DNA from: Paraphysomonas bandaiensis
Taxonomy: Eukaryota; Protista; Chrysophyceae
Assembly: GCA_965644295.1 (NCBI GenBank)
Contig: CBFFRP010000297.1
Location: 868,001 to 932,000, forward strand
Length of the DNA stretch: 64,000 bases
Direction of reading: 5' to 3'
The position numbers and the translations under genes were made by a program. Below, one piece after another: positions 1 to 13,470 of this stretch. A model generated the notes under the pieces. The model was not told the DNA's origin and searched no databases. It was given only the letters and a program-made list of their open reading frames with translations. Each line of letters begins with the position of its first letter. The first letter of the stretch is position 1.

Positions 1-467
1 TGATGGGACAGAGCAACACCATTCGTTTTCTTAAATCGAACAAGTGTGAAGGATTCGATTGACTGTGGCGACTGACCTTCAGGCCATATATCAATATACG
101 CCAGGCGCGGTGGTAAATCTAGCAATAGAAAGTCAGAATCAACACTATGCTAAGAAAATGCATTCATACCTAAGAGCCTCTCTTTTCTCCGTAGAATGTG
201 TATCAGTGTTTGGAAAGGATATGCAGGAAGGTAACGTGTATTCCGATTGATACAGTAGAGGGCAGAGGCCACATGGTCATCAATATTCCAGTCCTATTTG
301 ATAATAATCAACTTGTCCATGTCATATATATGTATGTGTATATGTACCTCTATTTTGGCATCTTCTCTACGTTTCGTGGCTGTATGATGATGAACTTTAT
401 TACCATTCGTCTCTACCGCAATATTATCTTGACGAGGAAGATTATCTTCTGAATCAGATATTTCCAT
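1..467 (-). CDS. Hypothetical protein, 5' part (runs off window)
   Basis: ATG at 467 (MEISDSEDNL...). Two short GT-AG introns keep the frame open (DWNIDDHV...; DLPPRLAYIDIWPEG...) to position 1. No family recognised. Confidence 0.6.
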
Positions 468-1185
468 TGCTACTATCACAGCTAACACGCGTCTTATATA
501 TATATATATACACCTAACACATATATATATAACGACACAGTGAGGTAGATTGTGTCCAATGAATGAAGTGTATAACAGTAAAAGTATTCATAATAATGAT
601 GAAAAACATATAAACAACATCTCTTATGAATTATAACATGAAGAGTTAGTTATATCTTTGCCTGTAAACCCATCAGCTCAGATGTATGTATGTATGTGAT
701 TACTTTAAGTTTTCTACCTTATGATTTATATTAAATTTCCTTTAAATTTCATGTATAAAAACTGAAAATATCGGAATTTTAGATTTTATTATATAAAAAT
801 TCTCTATTTCCTTTTTTAGTGTGTTGTAAAAATTGTCAAATAAAAGCTAGAATCTGTCGAATTTTTGTAAAAAAATACCATTTTTATCCTAAAAATTAAC
901 TTAAAAAACAGAAAATATTCCAATATTTTGCTCATATTGGTGTACAATGTATGTAAATCCCCGAAAGAAAATCATGGACAGATGTCCCATATGTAGAATT
1001 TTCTCCTATGAATATATACGTACATATATACGTACATGTACAATGGAACATACGTGTGTATATATACATGTACGTGTATACACAGAAACATCTCGATAGA
1101 TATGAATCCATATCAGAGTGAGTCACATTCCATTCCTATACCACACTTATTCTTATAAGAGTAACCTACACTATCTTGTGTATAT

Positions 1186-2438
1186 ATGAAACAGTATACT
1201 GCAGTTACAATGCAGCCAGATGAGAGTTTTGAGGACCCTCTTATCGTTAAAGTAGAAGAAACCGTTACTTCAAATAATCATCCTGTTAAATTTTATGAAT
1301 CTCTTTGTATAAAATATTTTGGTACATGGTGTTGTGGACTAGGAGTCTTATTACTTGTATTCTTTGGGTTGGCTATACTGGTGTCTCCTTTAGGTTTGCT
1401 TTGTGCCGCTCTTGCACCAGGAGTGCTTATATTGCTACTAACACGTCATTATTACAGCGAACAAGTCACTCAAGGTCAAATGATAGGTAAACGTTTATAC
1501 ATTACTTGTTTTGTAAGGTTCTAATCTATTTGGTAGTTTCATTTTTTGAGTGTATACTCTGGATGATACCACTGCTGGCTTGGGATATGACGTGGCAATT
1601 CGCTATCGTCCATAAGTTGAAGGATGGGGGACTCTGTGCCATGTGCATATTTGCCTACATTGTCAACTTTTATTTCTTTGCTGGATTTTGTGAGGAATTT
1701 GTCAAGTTTTTGGTTCTTCGGCGAATTCAACACTCCTGCTTGACGAGTGACTGGAGAGCACTTCTTGTTTATGGAATATCTACTGGATGCGGATTTGCCA
1801 CAGCTGAGAATATAATGTACGTGTTTAGTGGAGGCTATGCTACTGCAGTTGTTCGGGCTTACATGTCTGTACCATTGCATTGTACTACTGGGGCGATTCT
1901 TGCTCTCGCCATCGCTAAGAATCGCACTGAGGTTTCACCAGCGCCTTTCTGGAATGGTATATGAACGTGTGTAGTGTATATATGTTTGCTTACTTTATAT
2001 ATCAGTTATATTTGTTCCCTGGTTAGTCCACGGCAGCTATGACTTTTTGCTGACAATAAGTGAGCAGCCTTCGACAGGTAATTATGCGGCTCTTTCTTAT
2101 CTTGGGGCAATAGGATTCTTTCTCTTTGGGCTCGCATACGCGAGGTAAGCATTGCTAACAAAGAGGAATGTATGAAGGGGTAATAAATGAATTAGGAATG
2201 AAGCTGTGAAAATGAGTTGCACCTATCCCGAAAAAGTAAATATTCATGGTCAAATCCTCTGTTCTCAGGTATATTGCGTCAATGTTAAAGTTGTTGTTCG
2301 ATTAATGTTTTGCAATAGCCACCTATATTAGGGTCGGAAGGTATCTCACAATGGGGAGACAGTTCTGAATGTGTTTGCTCTTGCTTTTGGTGTTGTGCTG
2401 GCTGCTGCCCGAGCAAGGAAAGACCAAATGATGTTTGA
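1186..2438 (+). CDS. PrsW-family glutamic intramembrane protease with Cys-rich C-terminal tail
   Basis: Spliced multi-TM protein with PrsW motifs AGFCEEFVK, GFATAEN, PLHCTTG and HGSYD. Last exon ends ...SECVCSCFWCCAGCCPSKERPNDV*. Confidence 0.85.
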
Positions 2439-3839
2439 AATTCTCGTTTTATAATTTGTCGTATTAGCTACTGATGTATTTCTTTTCGCCTGTTAAACGA
2501 AACAATTATTATTGATGAGAACGCTCGACGTATTCTTTTTAATAATTATATGGAAGTGATCCCTTTTTTTTATAGCGTGCTTCGTCGAAATAAGGCCGAT
2601 ATATAATTTTAATTTTACTTCAGTTGCATTAACGAATAGTCATATGAATATTAATTTGCTTCTGTTCATTGCTTCTGTACGTATTTCTTGATTATGGCGA
2701 TACAGAGGATTCTCTGAATCCACTCGGAAGAAGATTCTGTAAATTCACTGCCATCAATTTTTTCGGCCATCATCGTTGCTTAATATATATATATATATAT
2801 ATGGTATGAATACAGAGTATAATATTACTTTGCTTAGTTGTGTACTGTAGCTTCTTTCAACTTTGGGGAAAATAGTGTTTTTATGAATGTTTCTAGGTGA
2901 AATATGCATATTTTCAATGATTATTTTGGAGTTTTTGGGTATATGGGTACGTTGCTATGGATATTGCTCAGGAAACTATTCTCTAACTCTAGAAATCATT
3001 AAGAAGATAGTGAACAAAGTTGCCACAAAGTGCCAGTAGAGTTGCATGAACATTGTTGTCTAATATTGTTTAGAGTTTCTTCGGAGTATAGAGGAGATAC
3101 TATATTCTATATTATTTTAAAACCACTCAGTTCTATATATAGCAGTACAGGTCATTAATGGTAGTCCGGTTCCCGGCAATTATAATGGCATTACCATTAG
3201 TGGTTACCAGGCCCTGGTTTACCCCTAGTGTTGTTCATCGACTTACTCGTATCTATTATTAGAAGAATATCTTGTATGTATAAGTGAACAAGTATGTTGA
3301 ATCATATCCTCGACATGTCATCGAATCTTCAAGGCACTAAAATAGTAGCTCCACTTGTACAGAGAAAATACCAATATTTTCTCATCATATTTTTATCAGC
3401 CCCTAAAAATTCAGACGATATAGTGATACGACTTCAGTAACTCTATCACTCAACGGATATATACTTGATAACTGCATAGCATAGTTTCCATAAGATTACT
3501 ACCAAACACAAGTAGTTCATAGTACTTCATTGTGCAAGAAATTCTGAATATTACTATGTTATTACGATAATATATTATAGCCCACTAGAACAATGCCAAC
3601 CAAAGCTAGACCAAATACCTAACACTGCATTAGTAATACTAAAACTAAAGAGTATCATTTCAGTGGAGGGCACAAATAGCCGCAGCACTCTAATCGTATT
3701 AAACCGACGGTATAGTGCAAGAGAAGTCGAACTTCTTCGCGTGACGCACCGACGAGGCTTTTCACTGGCTAAGCATTTAAGACGCCGCTTTACGTGATGT
3801 CTGTTCCAATACAACAAAGAATTATTTCGGCTATTTCGT

Positions 3840-4955
3840 TATGACTCCTCTCTCTCACCTAAGGTCATCAGAAGTATAATCTCTACGGACTGGACATCCC
3901 GGGTATAACATCAACTCTCGAATTAACCCCCCACTCTCCCTACCTGTGGTAGTAACTGACTCCCACAGTCTTACGATTCCAGGTACATGTCCTGCTCCAA
4001 CCACAGCAACGACGTCCACGTCATACTTCTCTACAGCCTACGAGTGCACCAAATTACATTCGAATATGTTCATAATTTCACCAGAAAATAGACATCTGAC
4101 AAACAATATACCTGTCGTATCATGAGCATCATATACATGTCGCGCTCATTAATGAGGCTCTCCACGAGCCAGGGATAATTTTCCCCCAGCTCAAGTACAG
4201 CTTCAGTTATCAGGTCCGTCTGGGTTCTAAAGTCTTCCAGAATCTGTTACATTCACTTACACCAAACCAAATATAAAACAAATACACACAGTCTTCCATG
4301 CCTAAATATATACAGCATCCACCATAAAATCATTTAATAACCTTGCTTAAGTCAGCAGGACTTAGCATATCTAGTCCGGAAATTAAGAAGTGAACGATCA
4401 AAGAAATTTTCTCGTACGTGCTTAGTCCTTGCCAAAGCCGTGCTAAAGTTACATTGACTGGACGATCACCTAGCATAACTTTGGCATTAATCTAATTTTT
4501 AGAGTTATTACATATGGTTCGTATAATATATCAATACTGACTTTAGTGGCAGCTTCGTATGCAACTCGAAACTCTTCTCCAGGCATGATTTCAAGTTGCT
4601 TTGCAATGGAGGAAAGGAATGCAGTATAAACAACTGTAAATAGATTTGTTTCACCTGCTGAAACTCTTCGTATAATATCAGTCATAATATTACACTCATC
4701 CTATAGAGAGAGCTGTAAGTTTATTGAGATAGAACACTTGAATCATACAGTTACTACTGGAGGAGGGTCCAATAATCTGGATCGACCATTGCATAGTTCT
4801 AGAAATACAAGACCAGGACGAATTGTATTAATAAGTTTGATTGCATCTGTACATGATTTGCGTGATACATGAGCTGTGCCTAATATATGGATACTGTGAC
4901 CACACCACTGAAGAGTAGTGATATCTTTCTTTAAATCATCAGGAATTATTGACAT
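3840..4955 (-). CDS. TraB/PrgY/GumN-family protein (TRABD-like)
   Basis: Motifs ILGTAHVS, VFLELC, PGEEFRVA, LINERD and VVAVVGAGHVPGI across several exons. The exact last exon and stop are uncertain. Confidence 0.88.
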
Positions 4956-5016
4956 ATTGATACTTAATAATATCAGCAATATGATGGCTATATATAGCTA
5001 TATATATGTGTGTATA

Positions 5017-5153
5017 TGTATCGACAGTCAGCATCTTATTTTGCGGGAATAAATAGAAGCAAATATACTCTACATTAATGCGATACAACTACGGCTGGAA
5101 TACAGATAATTGTTGTCTCAAAAATAGAGGTATTATTGAACAAAAAATATACG
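5017..5153 (+). mobile_element. ~150-bp MITE family A, copy 1 (right TIR partly deleted)
   Basis: Aligns by eye to 8586-8732, 16355-16509 and 32041-32191 (shared core CAACTACGGCTnGAATACAGATAATT). Flanked by TA/TA. Confidence 0.8.
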
Positions 5154-5512
5154 TAGATGTATAGGTACAATATATATGTGGGTCACCTGCACAGGATGTA
5201 TGAAAATAGATGTTTATGTAGTGTGATTTTCAAGAAAATATATAAAAAAGCACGGTTTTCAGAGGGTATATTTTATGAAAATCGAGTATCCAGTAAAAAT
5301 CGGGTATGTACTGTAAATAAAGTTCATAGATATCACGGATATCTACATATATATTTATATTTTTCGTGTATGTAGTCTATAAACACGTAATTTCTAGACA
5401 TCTATTGTGCTGATTTTAAGCACTTGAAAGTAAGGAGTTCTTGCACTCTATGCCAGTTGGGTTCAATGAATGCATGCATTAACATCCACCTGCATAAATT
5501 ATTATAAATACA

Positions 5513-6620
5513 ATGATAGAGCAACCCCCATTTGATCCTACTATACACATTAAGAGCTCAACTATTGTATCAAATGATCGTAGTCATTTGATTGATGAGT
5601 TACGTGATCACATACGAGATAATGACTTATATGATCCGCTATACTGCACAGACGAGCAATTACGTCTGTTTTTGATTGCCAGAAATTATGATGTTAATGC
5701 TGCTTGCAAGATGTTAATTGAAGCGATAACATGGAGGAATTTCCGTCAGCCACACAGTGTAGAAAGTAGAGATGACTGGCCAAGTGCTATGAGCAAAGAA
5801 ACAGAAACAGGAAAAGTGTATATTCCTGGTATATTGTCTTCATACGTAAGCGTAAGGATACTAATATTGTTCAGGGCATGACAAATGGGGTAGACCTCTT
5901 CTGGTTTTTAATAATCAAGTCCAGAATACTTCCTGTCCTGATGCACATATGACATTACTCTCGTGGAACATGGAGTTTGCGATACGCCAAATGCCTTCAC
6001 ATGTCGATAAATATTGCGTCTTCATGGTATTTTAAATATTTTTGTATTCCAGTCAGTTTTAATTCGGGTACAGCATATGGATGGGTTCAGTATTTTTAAC
6101 TCTCCTGGTATTGCAGAGATCAAAGAAACTTTGCATATAGTGTGCACGTGTTATCCTGAGCGCTTAGGTCATATTATTGCATATCAGCCACCTTCGTACT
6201 TTTCTTTTCTCCTGGGAACCTTGAATGTACGATAAACATCATATGTTATTTTATTTATGGCTTGGCGTTTTAGATGTTCATTGACCCCAAGACTATGTCG
6301 AAGTTAGTCTTTATTAGTGGCGATATTTCTGAGGGGAGTGAAAATGACCAGACACTTCGAGATATAATAGGTTTGTGTCAAGTAGAAGCTCGGCGGATTG
6401 CATCTGATGGAGTGAATTTACAGGTGATACATGGAGAGATTTGACTGGAGTCTCTCGCGGTGTGCTTGAACCCAACTGCTCCCCAGGATACAGGTGCGAT
6501 TAGGAAAACTGTTTCTGCTCTTTCTTCAACGTCTTTTATTGATAGCCACTCGGAGTACTGGCCCACCGTATTGACCCGAGTGGAACGGCTTCGCTCAGCT
6601 ACTGTGACGGATGACACTTA
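5513..6620 (+). CDS. CRAL-TRIO (Sec14-like) lipid-binding protein
   Basis: CRAL_TRIO_N motif LRLFLIARNYDV...A.KML...WR, then GHDKWGRP and YPERLG; several short introns. Confidence 0.88.
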
Positions 6621-7583
6621 AACAGTATAAACAGTTAATGTCGGAAATAGGAAAGGATAGGTTCAGTGTCACGAACGGTAGTTTTGATGAACATAGATAA
6701 GTGTAAGAGTAAGGGCATATATATGTCCAAGGTGTGAGCTGTAGGTGTAGTCTGTGATAGAAGACAGATTAGAATGCTAGTCATTATTATCACAGATAAC
6801 CTCTGATAAAACAAGTTAATAACACTATCGTTTACTATCAACTTGTGGCTTGTTATTGCCTTACAACATTTTCTATTAATCGTCAATAGAAATTACAGAC
6901 ATAAAATAATAATTGCAACTACAATGGATTAGAACCTGCTTCAATAGAAGGATATCAGAGTTAAGCACTAGTTAGTTAAATTTCAATGCTACACGCCTAT
7001 TTCTAATAATCAGACATTCACTACCAACTACCAACTACATAACCTATAAGCCACTGTACCTTTTCAGGTTGAGAATTTCTTCAGTGGAACTAACATTGAT
7101 GACTGATTTGCGCAAGAGCATGACCCCTCGGCAGGGCTGTGTAACTATTAATTAAATTTCAATTAAATTGCACGGTATATACGTAATAATTGCAATTATA
7201 ATTTAGAACATAGAACTATTCATGTTTTTACGCATGAATCGTTGCTTCTAGAATTAAATGACAATAGAGCAAGTTATATTGATTGCTAGTGTATAGCTAC
7301 TTGGGTATGTAGGTTAGTATCAATTGGGACAGCAAAAAATAGTTGAATTGTTATACAGCCTTGACAATAAAGAGATGTTAATTGTTATTACATTCCACAT
7401 GAGACTTCAATTTGCTATTGAATAGATTGTATTACAAGGGGGCATTGATACGGTAATCGAAAATCTCTCGTAGATATATTATGTTTGTTCCACATGATTG
7501 TGGTGCATTTAGTGATAGTTGCGGTATTGTATGCGAATAAATAGAAAATTCAAAATATACTGTTGCATTCCTTCGGGAGTACC

Positions 7584-8511
7584 TTACTTCCCTTCATCCG
7601 ATTCCACGGAAAGGTTAGGCGCCTCTCCACCATACTCTTTCGGAATTTGATCTATTGTCATCACGTTTAACAGCTCATCGAACCATACGTCTTTAGATGA
7701 ACAAACTCGAATCTTAGCATTGGTAGCTTCATCTAGCAATGAAGAAATAAGTCGCCAGCCGGCAGATAACACGTACGGGGCGTTTATGACAAACATCATG
7801 CCAAGTCTTTCAGGATAGTGATCGCTATCTGTGCTTGCCATACTCCGAACAAATGTCATTGCATCGGCGGTTGCTAACCCGAAATTCCATCCAGCAGCAT
7901 CAATTACGGCAACAAAGGTTTCAATGTTGTGTCCAGTGCGAATAGACTCTTCATGCATAAGTTGTACAGCTCGTTCTGCCTCCCAGGCGTGATATCTGAT
8001 AAGGTTCTGCATCGAAGTATACTTCAAAACGTTCCATATTTCAAACTTACCTACAACATTCAAGCAAGTAATGAATCTTCATAAGTACATCACTCAATCA
8101 CGCCATACCAAATTGTCTCCAAATTATAGGCCTTCTCTCATTATCAAAACCATGTACCTTAGTAGGAAAGTATTCATGTATAATAGAAGTATTACATTGC
8201 AACACATCATATGCACTTTGATACTTTAAATCGTATATATTCTCCTCATCTCTCCACTCGATATCACGTTTAAGCATATGAAATGCTTTATTAGGATCAT
8301 AATTACGTGCCCGAAGAAATCGTAATAATTTATATGTTTCATTTTCAGTTTCTGATGTATGACATATCGATATACCTGATTGTAGTACTAGTAACTGTAG
8401 CTGTTTGAAGGCCTGTATATGTGTATCTGTTAAGTTTGGATAATAACCAACTCGTTTACTTAAATGTGAATTAGGATGATATGTAGGTAAGTTTAGTTCT
8501 GTGAGTACCAT
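7584..8511 (-). CDS. CRAL-TRIO (Sec14-like) lipid-binding protein
   Basis: LLRFLRARNYD...WR, GFDNERRP, HYPERLGMMFVINAP and QIPKEYGG; one intron near 8050-8105. Confidence 0.9.
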
Positions 8512-8585
8512 AGTTTCATTAAGTAGTAGTTAAGGTATGTATGGTTATAGTGCTATAGTCTGTTAATGGAGTGGTATAGATGAGG

Positions 8586-8732
8586 CGTATCGCAGCATCT
8601 TAGTTTTCGGGAATATATTGAATCAAATATACTCTATATTACTACAATGCAACTACGGCTTGAATACAGATAATTATTGTCTCAATATTAGAGGCATCTT
8701 CGGAACAAAAATATACAAAGGACGCCGATACG
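8586..8732 (+). mobile_element. ~150-bp MITE family A, copy 2
   Basis: Ends CGTATCG...GCCGATACG; flanked by GG/GG. Confidence 0.85.
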
Positions 8733-9142
8733 GGGTCATCTCATATGAATTCCTACGTAACACTATTTGGCTAATTGGTCAAATAAGTGCTGCTGGTGAG
8801 GATTAAATTAGAAAAAAGAATTTTCGAATCTTTTTATTTCCTTCTATATGCTCAGTGCTGTGTATACAGTATGTCGTCGTGTGTATATATAGTAGAAGGG
8901 GACTAAAATAGATGATTTTATGTATAAAAATAGCAGATATCTCGAAATATCCGGATATCTATATAATATACTGTAAATATTGATATGATGTCATTATAAA
9001 TAAGGGGTTTTAATGAACTAGAGTGTATTAATTGCATGTATGCTGTGTACGGCTGGCTCTACATGTCTATATATATGGCACAGTATCAACTCCAGTGTCT
9101 TAACTATACAGTCCACCACATCACACTCATCACTATACTAAC

Positions 9143-12100
9143 ATGTTTAAATCTTTCATAATATTTGTGAATATTCTCTCTTTTACACAGTCTCTTGATA
9201 CCCCTACATGGAGTGAATGGACAATCGATCGATCCCATGCGTATGTTAATCTATACACGGGTGATAATGTACACAATAGTTTTAATATATTCTGTAAACA
9301 TCATTTTCCTGATAGTAATAAAGATCTGTGCTATCAGAACCTTTGGAGTTTATGGAGACATTCATTTGGCTATACGAGTGATGTCCATACAAGTCCCTCT
9401 AATACAATTATTATGACACTCATTGATTCATGTCAACAAGCAAGTATTAGAATTAATAATATTCAATATTGGATTCGTGTTGATGCAACAGATGATATAA
9501 ATGAAGTGGGAAAGCTTGCTTTATCTGTTGGGTGTGCCATTGATTCGGATGATACCTTTAGAAAGGATCTAGTATCTCAAGTGCAAACGAATCTACATGG
9601 CTATGTTGAATCTGCCAGACGGTTTGATCCTTCACAGCAGTATTCAATGTGCATTCCTGCAATATACAGACGACGAGCAAGGCAGCATTGGCGTGATGTA
9701 GATATACAGTATACTGACACAACTAAATCACTGCAATCCAGTTCCTATCGCTGTGTTTATCCTTACAGATCATCACAAGCCGTGCATCCTGATGTACTTG
9801 CAATGCATCCGATGGGCTCCTGCATATATCAGAATTTAGTTTACTATAAAAATGAATGGATATATGTCTATGATGCTGATGAAACGAGGGGTAAACATCC
9901 CACTCCGCCTGCTGTGAGGTTGGATACGATGCGCCCCTCCCATGTTCGCAACATCAAGGATGGAGTATTTTCTCCTAGAGTGGAAGAAAGAAATATATTA
10001 CTTCAACGAGTACGTGCAGATAGGGAGAAGCTTGTAGCTAAAGGTGAAGAATGTGCCGATTTGGTCTGGAATTACAACAACAGTCAAGTTGAAAGCCTTC
10101 AAAATAATATATTGGTATGTTCTTATTGTGCTGGTAAATTATGAAACTTATTGCTATGTCTCAGCATATCAATCGTCTCCATATTCTGATCAAGCGACTT
10201 GTTCCTGCCAACCATGGGCATGCATTGCTCGACGCGGCCTTGCCGCTTCTATTGAGCCTTGACCTGCATCACTCATTGGGCCACACTCCACACAATTTCA
10301 GTATAGAGGGAGAAGCTGTGTTCGATAACCAGATTTTAATTCTTGGTGATGATGCCCCAACAGTACTGGATGATCGACTCAAGCTTGTGTCAAAATGGGG
10401 CCCGCTGTACGTAGCGACAGATAGGAATGGTATTGAACAGGGTCTTACTACCCCCCCTTCAGATTTTGAGATTTGGCAAAGCATGTTATGTCCCACTGGA
10501 GTTCTATGCCAGTAAGTGACCGAGTCTATTAATTAGTGGTTTTAGGTTTGAAACATATAGGTTTGGCTCTTTGATGGCCGGAGTTGGAGGTTTTGGCTAT
10601 ATATATCTCAGTGAGCAGCATTCTTTGAGGAAGGAATTCTACCATAAACTTCGTCGCGTAGCTCGTAGACGACTTTTTGATGAAAAGCAAACATGTTCAC
10701 TAAATACAGAACATGAATGTACACACAATGAAGGAGCAAATTCAGCACCAAAAGCTCTGTATGATATTAATGATGAGTGTGTACTACCACACTGCACTTA
10801 CACTCTTGTACATGGCAATGAATCTTGGTTAGAAAACGAAGACTTTAAATTGTTGATTATTCAACGCGCGAATGTCAGAAGTCTAAGTAATATTAATACA
10901 ATCGTAAATGGTATTCTGTCGAGATACCCAGCGATGACAGTTGTAATCGACAATTTTGAGAACAAATCTCTTGAATATCAGTTTACGGCAATGCAAAGCG
11001 TGTCCGCTATGATTGCTATCGATGGGGCTGCTGTAGACAATGCTATATTTCTTTCTCCTTGTTCAGGGTATGATTTTATTGCTGATCTTCGTCTTTAATT
11101 TCTTATTGTTTTAATTATGGAATATAGATTGGTGATCATTGGGAGAAGTATAGAGGAGTGGGGTGCGAAGTGCCTAGAGGACGGATTTGATATGCATAAA
11201 ACTCCGTTTAATACATGGCAACAATGGCTAGCTTTATCACTCCTGCATACACCGAAGGGAACAACCTATGTTCGTAGTGTTGATGATTTGGTCACAAAAG
11301 TGGAGGAAATGCTACATCTCAGGCACGCATGTTTGTTGTCGCGCGGTACACGTCCCCCAGCTTGGTATGGCGATAAGTATATAGAAGGTATATTGACCAC
11401 GTTAAATTGGCAATATGTCATGCTTTGTTTCAGGTGATGAATTAAATAAGTCGAGTACAACGATTATTTCAACCATTGATCAGCAGCCCGTAGTTGTTCT
11501 TGAAACGAATGGATCGATACGTGTTAAGTCGGATTCAGTTGATCATTATAGAATATCGAATCTTTATATTCAGCCTTTGTCTCCGACCGTGGTTCTACTT
11601 GATGTTGTTTTGAGGGGACTACGCGCAGCGAGGAAGTCAGTGACTGTTTTTAATCCTGAATCTACCGGGTTTGGATATGCTGTGTTTCGAATGTCTTTTT
11701 CTGAAGCACATGTGATAAATATGTATAGTGAGACTTTTCAATCTCTGGAATACTTATCAACTTGCCTAAACTATATCAAGTCAAGAACTCTGCTTCCGAC
11801 CAATATATTTTTTGACAGCATTGATTATCACCGTGTCAGTGAAAAGAATATTGCTGTGTCAGATATAACGCTTTGTTTTGGTACTGGTGTGCTGAATTAT
11901 GAGAAGTGTTTTTTCTCATGTATGTCTGGGATTGATGAAGAAGATATCAGGGCTTGTTTATATAAGTCATTGTCGGAGAGAATTCAAATGGTGGCTCGTG
12001 CTACTCGACAAACAGCTGTATTAGAAATATCTTTGCCACAGTGTTTCAGTGCATACAAGTTTTCGACTATATTGGAGGAACAATTAAGTGATCATTTTGA

Positions 12101-12664
12101 AACATTTCGGATACTTGGCTATACCTCAACTCATAATATTTTTTATGAAGCATACTATCCACTTTGGAGGTCCCGTAGTGGTTTTGAATTCGGACAAGGA
12201 AGTTCTCAAATTTACACTCCTTCAAATGTACGTGTGGATATTATCCATCCAAGTTACGATGCTATGGTCACAGTAGGGAAGAATGCAACCTTTGAAATCA
12301 CTGCTGTCGTGCACGGTTTGGACACTACGATGTATGATGAGGCCGAAGGAAAGTATGTTAGAACAGGTTTGCTGAATATATGTCTAAAATATTAACTGTA
12401 ACATTTGTATCAGAGGATGCTGTTGACGTGTACATATTTGTCAACGATCACATCGTATATCCATTAAATGGATTGACTTGGATATACCCGGAAGTATACG
12501 GAGAATCGTTTACAGTACGTGCTATTGTGCGTGCAAATCTGGGGATTCATCACTGCAACATATCGTTGAAATTAATGCATTTCGTTCATACCGAGAAGAA
12601 GTGTCATCAGTACCAGCTATTAGGTGCCGCCTCCGTAGACGCGCAAGTTAACTACATATCGTAA
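9143..12664 (+). CDS. Secreted glycosyltransferase family 61 (DUF563)-like multidomain protein
   Basis: Signal peptide. GT61-like motifs ANHGHALLD and LLIIQR...RSLSN...FENKSLEYQ...MIAIDGAAVDNAIFL. Five canonical introns join the listed ORFs in frame. Confidence 0.7.
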
Positions 12665-13470
12665 AGTCTTGGTCATCATAAATATATGATGTGTAGATAT
12701 TTGTATAATCATGCATCCTTGTTTTCGGTTATTATACGAGTGTATATCATAGTTATTAGTTGTGGGCACATGATATAGAATAAAGTGATAAAAACAGAGA
12801 TTTCTTCAAGGTTAAACTGAATACAGTTTGTTATCATGTCTAGCATCTGAAAATTAGCTCTCTTGTACTCGTTTTAATGTCAAAGAATTACGGTTCTACT
12901 GACCAATCCATTAGAGACAAAACATTGTATCTAGTATCAGTGCCATAGAAAGGACCTCCAAGTTTGCTGATATGACATGAACCCGTATAGTTTTGCAACG
13001 TGATGTCGTTTCGCAAACCATATATCATGATGGTGAATGGAGAGGTCTATCGACTTGCTATATTCTATGTTGGGTGCAACCATGATGCTACAATGTTGAG
13101 GTATCGTAATAGCTTCCCCGTAAAAGTAAAGTACGGTTCACGGTTCATTGTGCAACTTTCATTATTGGTAGCAGCAGCGAGGACATTAATTATTCGAATT
13201 TAGTAAAAAATTGTATACCATACAAAGTCTCAACGATGTCAACTAGTTGTGAAATACACATCTATATTCCGTACACAGAAATTATTGCATTCGCTTATAT
13301 GACTTACTTCAATACTTTAAACCGGAGTACAAAAGCGTTCCAACTTAGTAAAGTCCAGCGACTAACAATACGTATATATTGTACTTTATTCCATTTCGAG
13401 TCAAAAAACGATTTGACCACATATCAAGTAGGTAAGAACATTTCAACTATATCACTATCAGAGTGCCGCC

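Noticed and set aside
12349-12413. Apparent GA-AG intron in the GT61 gene
   Set aside because: A canonical donor at ACAG|gtttgc gives an in-frame 47-nt intron.
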